DNA of 14,431 nt from Candidatus Hydrogenedentota bacterium (GTDB taxonomy: Bacteria > Hydrogenedentota > Hydrogenedentia > Hydrogenedentales > SLHB01). The notes below the pieces were generated by a model, which was not told where the DNA came from, ran no database searches, and saw only the letters and a program-made list of their open reading frames with translations. Location of the stretch: positions 1-14,431 of the forward strand of contig BTVY01000083.1 in assembly GCA_045863335.1 (NCBI GenBank). The letters are read 5' to 3'. Positions 7,827-14,431 of the stretch are shown here, piece by piece (position 1 is the stretch's first letter; each line of letters begins with the position of its first letter). Both the position numbers and the translations under genes were made by a program.

Positions 7827-7900
7827 GCGAAGCGGAGATTACATCGGCTATAACAGAGCCACATATTGCTTCACCACGCGCGTGGAAAGGAAACTTCATC

Positions 7901-10900
7901 TTGTTCAAGAGACTGCCCCTTACCTATGTGTTGTTGTTTGCCCTATCCGCGTTGCGCGCCCAGTCGGACCTGATGCCGCCCACCGTCCGCGAACCGCAGT
8001 TTCCGCTGAAGACCCAACGGATGCTCGTCTCCGACGAACAGATCGCGACCGCGCGCAAGAATGTCGAGTCCTACGACCAGGCCAAGGCCATTGCCGACAC
8101 CGTCATCAAACGCGCCGACGAGTGGATGGCGTGGGACGATGCGGCGCTGCGCGCGCTGGTGCCAACAGCCGACGTGCCCCGCGCGTTTAATGTGGGCACG
8201 GAGGGTTGCCCTCAGTGCGGGCAACAGATCTACGAAAAGGGTGGCACCTACCCCTGGATCATCGACCCGAAGCAGCCGTTCAAGGTCACGTGCCCAGTCG
8301 ACGGCAGCACCTACCCGAGTAACGATTACGCCGCGTTCTACGCATCCGGCCTGAACGATCGCGCGCTCCTCACCGGCGACTACGCCGACGACGGCTGGGG
8401 CTGGCTTGGGCCGAACGGCGAGAAGTACTGGTTTGTCGCCTACGCGAACCACTGGACCTGGCGCAATCACATCATTCCCGCTGCGCTCTACCTCGCGCAG
8501 GCCTACGTGCTCACCGGCGATGCGAAGTACGCGCGCAAATCCGCCGTCCTCCTGGACCGTATCGCCGAGGTCTATCCGAACATGGATCACCACGGCCAGT
8601 CCCGCTACGGCCAATTGCAGGAAGCCAACGGATCGCGCTACGAGGGCAAGATCATCAACCACATCTGGGCGACCGGCGTGCTTACCATGCTGGCGGAATC
8701 CTACGACTACGTCTGGGACGCCATCGACGACACCACCGTTTCCGGCAAGACCGGCGAACAGGTGCGCGCCAACATCGAGGCCAATCTGTTGGAAGAGGGC
8801 ATCGACGCGTACTTCTCCGGCAAGATTCGCGGTAACTTCGGAATGCATCAGAAGGCCCTCGTCTTCGCGGCGCTCGCGCGCCAGTACGGCAAGCAGGACG
8901 AGTGGCTCGACGGCATCCTGAACAACGCGACCGATTCGTACGCGATGACGGGTCTGAACTACGCCCTCTACAATCTCGTATACCGCGACGGCGCTCCTTA
9001 CGAAACGTCGCCGGGCTACAACTTCTCCTGGGTCGTGAACCTGACCACGGTAGCAAAGGCCATGAACCGCGCGGGCTACGACGTGTACGCCATTCCCAAA
9101 ATGCGCAGGCTCTACGACGCCGTCCTCGACATCGTCAACATTGGCGTGCACACGCCTTCGCTGGGCGATAGTGGTTCGATCTATGGCGGTCTCGTGGGCC
9201 AGGACGCATTCGTCTATCAAAACGCCTACCGCGCATATGATGACCCGCAGTATCTTGCCCATCTGCAGTCCTTCGGCGCAGTAGGCGGCGCAGGCTTTAC
9301 GCGGTTCGACACCCTATTCGATCCGCCTATCGAGCCGAAGGACGTCGCTCTCCCGCCGGCGCGTTCGCGTTTGCTCGATGGTTACGGCATGGCGATTCTC
9401 AACAATCCCGCGAACACCGTCTCCTTGTCCTTGTACTACGGCTACGCGGGCGGCCACGGCCACTTCGATCGGCTCCACTTCGAGCTCTTTGCCAACCAGC
9501 TCGTCATGATGCCAGACACGGGGTACCCCGATTTCATGAACGCCTACGTGCCCGGCATCTACACCTGGAGCAAGAACACCATCACGCACAATACCGTCAC
9601 GGTCGATGCCTCGCGCCAAGCCAACAACCGCCACGGAACCGTACACCTCTTTGCCGATCAGGACTTCGCCCGCGCTCTCGATGTCGATGCAACGGAAACC
9701 TACGGACAATGCGGCGAATACCGGCGTCGTCTCATGATGATTGATGTGGACGATGTCCGGTCCTACGTCGTGGACTGTTTTTCCGTCGACGGCGGCGCGC
9801 AGCACGACTACAGTTTGCACGGCCCGCCCGGGACCTTCACGGCGGTCTCCGGTCAGTGGACCGATCCCGCGCCGGGAACGCTGGCCGGCGAGAACATTGC
9901 GCTCGCCCAGATCTACGACGATCCCGCGCTCGCGCCCGAAGACTATACGGGCGGCTACAGCGGCTATCGCGGATCGGGCTTTCAGCACTTGTTCAACGTG
10001 CAGCGCGGCACCGGCAGTCCCGTCGTTGGCGAGTGGACACACGAGAAGGATCCAAACGCGAAACTGCGCGTTCACCTGTTCACGCCGGATGCGGAACCCA
10101 TTCTCGCGGACGCCCACGTGTCGCCCGTGAAGCAGCATCAGATCCTGAAATACCTCATCGCGCGCCGATCCGGCGAGGCGTTGCAGTCCCGTTTTGTCAG
10201 TGTCGCGGAGCCTTTCTCGGATACGCCTTCGATCAGGGCTGTGCAGACAGTCGAGCTCGCGGAAGGCAATGGCGTCGTGTTGTCAGTCGCGCTGGAAGAT
10301 TCCACCGGTTCACGCGATATCGTCATGGTTAACACCGGCTCCGGCAAGATCCGCATTACCAATCCCGCGATTGAAACCGACGCCGCGTTCGCGGTCGTTC
10401 GATTCTCAGGCGAAGAAATCACGCACCGTTGGTTCACAGGCGGAACTCAACTCTCCCTTGGCGGCGATACGTTGCAGCACGCGCCTCCTCTGACCGGTGA
10501 GGTGACCAACGTCGATCCTCAAACAGGCTCGATTCGCGTTCACGCGGACGCCGCGAATATCGAGCTCGATTCCTTCGCCGGCCGCGTGGTCCATTTCGAG
10601 AACGGCTTGCGCCGCACGGCGCACGCGATCGAATCGGTTGAACAAACGGACAGCGGATTGGTGATTACCGTACGCGATGATCTCCGGGTGGGACACGTCC
10701 GTATCGCCGAAGTCCAACCGGATGGCCTTCTCACCCGAACCGGCCTCGCCTTCGCATCGGTCTATGACGGCGCATACGTCAGCGACTCCGAGTTCAGTGC
10801 CTACGTGCCCTTGCGCAGCGTCGACAACGGCAAGCTCGCGTTCGTAGCGCCGGTAGAACAGGACAACCTGTTCGTTCCGGACGAAGACGCGTGGATCGTC

Positions 10901-10963
10901 AATGTGGGCCCCGGCGACCGTGCGGAAGTTACTGGTGTAACATCCGTCGCGACGTTGCCATGA
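7901..10963 (+). CDS. Secreted heparinase II/III-family (polysaccharide lyase-like) protein, ~1020 aa
   Basis: Start reassigned to TTG 7901 (RBS AAAGGA 7886-7891), giving signal peptide MFKRLPLTYVLLFALSALRA-Q. Alpha-toroid features LAQAYVLTGDAKYA and DGAPYETSPGYN; Hepar_II_III motifs GHGHFDRLHFEL, DTGYP, SKNTITHNTVTVD. Confidence 0.85.
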   Translation: MFKRLPLTYVLLFALSALRAQSDLMPPTVREPQFPLKTQRMLVSDEQIATARKNVESYDQAKAIADTVIKRADEWMAWDDAALRALVPTADVPRAFNVGTEGCPQCGQQIYEKGGTYPWIIDPKQPFKVTCPVDGSTYPSNDYAAFYASGLNDRALLTGDYADDGWGWLGPNGEKYWFVAYANHWTWRNHIIPAALYLAQAYVLTGDAKYARKSAVLLDRIAEVYPNMDHHGQSRYGQLQEANGSRYEGKIINHIWATGVLTMLAESYDYVWDAIDDTTVSGKTGEQVRANIEANLLEEGIDAYFSGKIRGNFGMHQKALVFAALARQYGKQDEWLDGILNNATDSYAMTGLNYALYNLVYRDGAPYETSPGYNFSWVVNLTTVAKAMNRAGYDVYAIPKMRRLYDAVLDIVNIGVHTPSLGDSGSIYGGLVGQDAFVYQNAYRAYDDPQYLAHLQSFGAVGGAGFTRFDTLFDPPIEPKDVALPPARSRLLDGYGMAILNNPANTVSLSLYYGYAGGHGHFDRLHFELFANQLVMMPDTGYPDFMNAYVPGIYTWSKNTITHNTVTVDASRQANNRHGTVHLFADQDFARALDVDATETYGQCGEYRRRLMMIDVDDVRSYVVDCFSVDGGAQHDYSLHGPPGTFTAVSGQWTDPAPGTLAGENIALAQIYDDPALAPEDYTGGYSGYRGSGFQHLFNVQRGTGSPVVGEWTHEKDPNAKLRVHLFTPDAEPILADAHVSPVKQHQILKYLIARRSGEALQSRFVSVAEPFSDTPSIRAVQTVELAEGNGVVLSVALEDSTGSRDIVMVNTGSGKIRITNPAIETDAAFAVVRFSGEEITHRWFTGGTQLSLGGDTLQHAPPLTGEVTNVDPQTGSIRVHADAANIELDSFAGRVVHFENGLRRTAHAIESVEQTDSGLVITVRDDLRVGHVRIAEVQPDGLLTRTGLAFASVYDGAYVSDSEFSAYVPLRSVDNGKLAFVAPVEQDNLFVPDEDAWIVNVGPGDRAEVTGVTSVATLP

Positions 10964-10974
10964 CATCGCCGCGC

Positions 10975-10992
10975 CATACCCTGTGGTATGAT
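10975..10992 (+). promoter_or_regulatory. Extended -10 promoter element overlapped by a short palindrome
   Basis: TG-G-TATGAT at 10984-10992, about 60 nt upstream of ATG 11054. Overlapped by the inverted repeat CATACC-CTGT-GGTATG (10975-10990). Confidence 0.45.
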
Positions 10993-11053
10993 AACGGCGC
11001 ACATCATCCAATCCCGGATGTGCGCCGCGATCAACCAAGTCAGAAGGACATAC

Positions 11054-11458
11054 ATGATTGAAAACGTGGAGGGGCTGGGGGTCATTCTGGTCGACCACGG
11101 GTCGAAGTTTCCGGCGGCGAACGAGATGCTGATCGACGTTGCCGCCGATTTCAGTGTCGCGACAGGAATTACCATCGTCGAACCCGCGCATATGGAAATC
11201 GCGGAACCGACGCTCGCGCAGGCCTTCGCCCGCTGCGTGGAAAAAGGCGCGCAGCGCGTTGTTGTCGTGCCCTATTTCCTCGCGCCCGGCCGTCACAGCA
11301 CCAGCGACATTCCCCGCATGAGCGCCGAAGCGGCAGAGCCGTTTCCGAACGTGTCGTATACCGTCGCCCAACCATTGGGAGTCGACCGGCGCATCTCGGA
11401 GATCATGGCTGGTCACGTGTCGCAGGCCTTGAACGAACAGGCGCACCACGATGAGTAA
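11054..11458 (+). CDS. cbiX: Short CbiX/SirB-family class II chelatase-like protein (single domain, CbiXS-type), 134 aa
   Basis: Start reassigned to ATG 11054 (RBS GAAGGA). Motifs ILVDHGS, AHMEIAEPT, VVVPYFLAPGRH...DIP and PLG; both metal-ligand His positions are present. Confidence 0.85.
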   Translation: MIENVEGLGVILVDHGSKFPAANEMLIDVAADFSVATGITIVEPAHMEIAEPTLAQAFARCVEKGAQRVVVVPYFLAPGRHSTSDIPRMSAEAAEPFPNVSYTVAQPLGVDRRISEIMAGHVSQALNEQAHHDE

Positions 11459-13049
11459 CGCCGTAGCGGCCTGGCGCGACGCGCTTGGTCTCGACAAAGT
11501 CGATGACGCGGAAGCGACATTGCAGCGCTACGCGCGGAGCACGCAGGCCAAAGGCACGATGCCCTGTTGCGTTTTGTATCCCACGTCCACGGAAGATGTG
11601 CAGGCCGTCCTGCGTGTCGCATCGCAATACCATACCGTCGTCTATCCCATCTCGCGCGGCAAAAACTGGGGCTACGGCGACGCCTGCGCGCCCACGGAAG
11701 GCGCGGCCATCGTCGACCTCCGCCGCATGAACCGCATCCTCGAAGTCAACACGGAACTCGCCTACGCCGTCATCGAACCCGGTGTTTCGCAGGGGCAACT
11801 CTACGATTACCTGCAAGCGAACGGCACGGGCCTCTGGATGGATTGCACGGGTGCGGGACTTGACGCGAGCCTGGTAGGCAACACCCTCGATCGCGGCTTC
11901 GGCCACACGCGGTACGGCGATCACTTCGAAACCGCCTGCGGCATGGAAGTCGTGCTCGCGGACGGGCGCGTCGTGCAGACGGGCTTCGGTCACTACGCCA
12001 ACGCGAAGGCATCGCACGTCTACCGTTACGGCGTCGGACCCTTCATCGACGGGTTGTTCTGCCAATCCAACTTCGGCATCGTCACGAAGCTCGGTCTCTG
12101 GCTCATGCCAAAACCCGAGTGCTTCTGCTTCTTCTACATCACCGTGCCGCGCGACGAAGACATCGGCCCGATGGTCGATGCCTTGCGCCCCCTGCGCATG
12201 GATGGACTCCTTCCCGCGGCGCTGCACATCGGCAACGATTACCGCATTTTCAGCAGCCGCGGCATCTATCCCTGGGAGCGGACCGGCGGCGTGACGCCCT
12301 TGCCGGAAAGCGAACGCATCCGGCTACGATCCGCCATGGGGATTGGCGCGTGGAACGTAGGCAGCGCAATTACCGGCCCGGCGGGACACGTTCGCGCCAC
12401 GCGGCGCGCCCTGAAGAAGGCGGTCGGATCGCTCGGCAAACTGATTTTCGTCAGCGACCGCAAGATGGACCTGATCCGGTGGGGCGTGCCGAAACTGAGC
12501 CGGATGGGCTTTGCCAAACGTCCCGCCGAGTTGCTGGATTCGTTGGAAACCTTGTTCTCAACGCTGAAAGGCAAGCCCACCAACGACGCCCTACGCGGGA
12601 CGCATTGGCGCTTGCGCAACAAACCGCCCCATGATTCCTCCGATCCCCTCGACTACGGCGGCGGATTGCTTTGGGTTTCGCCGGTCCTTCCCATGACCGG
12701 CCGGGACGCCTTGCGCGTCATGGAAATTGTCGAACCCGTCTTCGCCGAACATCAATTTGAGCCGCTCGCCACCTTTACCATGATCAATGAGCGATCCATG
12801 GTCGCGATCCTGAACGTCGCCTTCGACAAGGCAAACGCCGAAGAAACCGAAACGGCGGGCCGCTGTTATCACGCCCTGTTCGATGCACTCATGGCGGAAG
12901 GATACGTGCCGTACCGCGTGGGCCTGAGCGGCCTGCCCAAGTTATCGAACGCGGACGATCCGTTCTGGCAGCTCGCGACCGATATCAAACGCGCCCTGGA
13001 CCCGCACGACATCATCGCCCGCGGCCGCTACCTGCCACCGCTCGCCTAA
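11451..13049 (+). CDS. FAD-binding oxidoreductase, VAO/PCMH family, 4-phenol-oxidising subgroup (PchF-like), 532 aa
   Basis: Motifs YPISRGKNWGYG, IEPGVS, SLVGNTLDRGFG, CGMEVVLADG, GPFIDGLFCQSNFGIVTKLGLWLMPKP, GYVPYR, IKRALDPHDIIARGR. The start overlaps the upstream stop (ATGAGTAA). Confidence 0.9.
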   Translation: MSNAVAAWRDALGLDKVDDAEATLQRYARSTQAKGTMPCCVLYPTSTEDVQAVLRVASQYHTVVYPISRGKNWGYGDACAPTEGAAIVDLRRMNRILEVNTELAYAVIEPGVSQGQLYDYLQANGTGLWMDCTGAGLDASLVGNTLDRGFGHTRYGDHFETACGMEVVLADGRVVQTGFGHYANAKASHVYRYGVGPFIDGLFCQSNFGIVTKLGLWLMPKPECFCFFYITVPRDEDIGPMVDALRPLRMDGLLPAALHIGNDYRIFSSRGIYPWERTGGVTPLPESERIRLRSAMGIGAWNVGSAITGPAGHVRATRRALKKAVGSLGKLIFVSDRKMDLIRWGVPKLSRMGFAKRPAELLDSLETLFSTLKGKPTNDALRGTHWRLRNKPPHDSSDPLDYGGGLLWVSPVLPMTGRDALRVMEIVEPVFAEHQFEPLATFTMINERSMVAILNVAFDKANAEETETAGRCYHALFDALMAEGYVPYRVGLSGLPKLSNADDPFWQLATDIKRALDPHDIIARGRYLPPLA

Positions 13050-13091
13050 TCATCTATATATAAACTTACTATGTCATATTTGACTTCAGCC

Positions 13092-13259
13092 CGAAAGAAC
13101 ATCCCCTTGATCCCCCTTCAAAGGGGGAATTCTCGCAACGCTCCGCATTGCTCCAGAACGACCGGTAGTATGGGATCGGGAAATAATACGGAGAGCTTCC
13201 CTGATGCTTGGTCCAGCCAACTCCCCCTTCGAAGGGGGATCAAGGGGGATGTTCTTTCG
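13092..13259. repeat. 168-bp element with ~40-bp terminal inverted repeats, each containing an internal hairpin (REP/MITE-like; possible bidirectional terminator)
   Basis: CGAAAGAACATCCCCTTGATCCCCCTTCAAAGGGGGAATT (13092-13131) and AACTCCCCCTTCGAAGGGGGATCAAGGGGGATGTTCTTTCG (13219-13259) are reverse complements with 1 indel and 2 mismatches. 87-nt spacer; lies between convergent genes. Confidence 0.9.
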
Positions 13260-13330
13260 CATGGTAGATAGGTACCCATGCATATCTTGAATGGTGCCTG
13301 GGAAGAAACTGAATCCCTACTTCCCGCAAT

Positions 13331-14242
13331 TCACCCGCGCAGCATGCCGATGGCCTTGATCCAGGCGATGCACAGGTCCGGCCAGGCGGCCATAGGCAGG
13401 ACCGGTTCCTTGGTGCCGAGGCCGAGTCCGTGTTTGCCCTGCATGAAGATGTGTAGTTCCGCGGGGACGCCGTGTTCGAGGAGCGCGGCGTACAGTTGAA
13501 CGCTGTTCAGAGCGGACACCGCTTGGTCTTCAGACGTGTGGAGGAGAAACATGGGCGGCGTGTCGCTGGTGACCTGGAGCTCGAGCGACATGCGTTCCAC
13601 AAGTGCCGGATCGGGATTCTCGCCGAGCAGATTCTGGCGCGACCCAGCGTGCGCAACGGGATCCTTCATGGAAATCACGGGGTAACACGGCACGGCAAAA
13701 TCCGGGCGCGCCGATACCCGGTCGATGGGATCTTCCGCGTCGGGGTTTGGCCCGCCATGGAGAATCGCGGCCGTTGCAGTCAGATGACCACCCGCCGAAA
13801 ACCCGAGGATGCCGATGCGTCCCGGATCGATCTTCCAATCCTCCGCGCGTGCGCGCACCGTGCGGATCGCACGCATCGCGTCCATGGACGGAATCGGATG
13901 CCGGTATGGCGCGCGCCGGTAATGAAGAATGAACGCCGTGATGCCGTGGCCATTTAGCCACTCCGCGATCTGGTAGCCCTCATGGTCCATGGCGAGGTTC
14001 GCGTACCCGCCACCCGGACACACCACGATGGCCGTCCCCGTCGCGATATCTTCCGGCGCGGGACAATACAGCATGAACGGAATATCGTCGTCCGTCGTGC
14101 CCATGACGCCCGGCGGGTCGCCGTCCCATAGGAGAATTCGCTCGTAATCCGGATGCCCCGTGTCCTGCGCCCACGCGCCAAAAATGGAAAACATACACAC
14201 GACCCCCACCAGGATGCGTTGGATGACGCTCAAGCAATTCAT
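13331..14242 (-). CDS. Secreted alpha/beta hydrolase (BD-FAE / acetylxylan esterase-like carbohydrate esterase), 303 aa
   Basis: Start reassigned to ATG 14242 (RBS GAGGG); signal peptide ending AWA-QD. Oxyanion motif CPGGGY, nucleophile GFSAGGHL, acid in EDQAV, His in GKHGLGL. Confidence 0.9.
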   Translation of the reverse strand: MNCLSVIQRILVGVVCMFSIFGAWAQDTGHPDYERILLWDGDPPGVMGTTDDDIPFMLYCPAPEDIATGTAIVVCPGGGYANLAMDHEGYQIAEWLNGHGITAFILHYRRAPYRHPIPSMDAMRAIRTVRARAEDWKIDPGRIGILGFSAGGHLTATAAILHGGPNPDAEDPIDRVSARPDFAVPCYPVISMKDPVAHAGSRQNLLGENPDPALVERMSLELQVTSDTPPMFLLHTSEDQAVSALNSVQLYAALLEHGVPAELHIFMQGKHGLGLGTKEPVLPMAAWPDLCIAWIKAIGMLRG

Positions 14243-14418
14243 GTTCTTGTCCCTCAGCTGAATCATGATCACCGGAATCTACTATCGGCAAACTTACGAT
14301 TGGTGTCAGCAATCCTGCAAAGCAGACCGTCCTCATAAACGATCTCGCGAGAACTAACTGTGACCGCCGGGTTGCTGGGTCGTGTAAAAAAGCTTCTGTA
14401 AAAAGGGAGTAGACAAAG

Positions 14419-14431
14419 ATGGTCATCGTTT
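14419..14431 (+). CDS. Possible start of a divergent gene running off the window (MVIV...)
   Basis: GGGAG at 14405-14409 followed 9 nt later by ATG 14419. Only four codons are visible. Confidence 0.3.

Noticed and set aside
7763-7864. Apparent head-to-head overlap of the 998-aa and 1066-aa ORFs
   Set aside because: Artefact of longest-ORF start choice. RBS and signal peptides support starts at 7717 and 7901, leaving a 183-bp gap.
5489-11497. Long antisense ORFs (5489..6838 +, 7943..9262 -, 9314..10138 -, 10406..11497 -)
   Set aside because: They lie opposite well-supported genes, show no recognisable motifs, and are expected from codon bias in GC-rich genes.
13092-13259. Autonomous IS element or classical rho-independent terminator
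   Set aside because: No transposase or clear target-site duplication, and the hairpins lack a proper U-tract, so it is kept only as a REP/MITE-like repeat.
13071-13283. Mirror-image small ORFs 13071..13271 (+) and 13086..13283 (-), both containing RKNIPL, as a toxin-antitoxin or peptide pair
   Set aside because: Their similarity follows directly from the DNA inverted repeat; no clear RBS, hydrophobic toxin helix or known motif.

Overview
GC-rich bacterial chromosomal window with ten intact protein-coding genes and no recognisable rRNA, tRNA, CRISPR array or transposase. On the minus strand, in order of transcription: a ~950-aa secreted glycoside-hydrolase-like protein, an AIM24-family gene, a tightly coupled accessory lipid module (PlsC-like acyltransferase, YnbA-like CDP-alcohol phosphotransferase, YnbB/CdsA-like cytidylyltransferase) and an exported protein with a YkuD/L,D-transpeptidase-like His/Cys motif. 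On the plus strand, divergent from these: a ~1020-aa secreted heparinase II/III-family protein with a CxxC...CxxD motif, then a short CbiX/SirB chelatase gene overlapping a VAO/PCMH-family flavoprotein gene. A secreted alpha/beta-hydrolase converges from the right end. Two unrelated non-coding elements with nested inverted repeats sit just after gene 3' ends: 4731-4856 (arms built from tandem 9-mers) and 13092-13259 (arms each containing their own hairpin). Family calls come from motifs recognised by eye, not database searches; several starts were moved downstream of the ORF-track starts using RBS and signal-peptide evidence.
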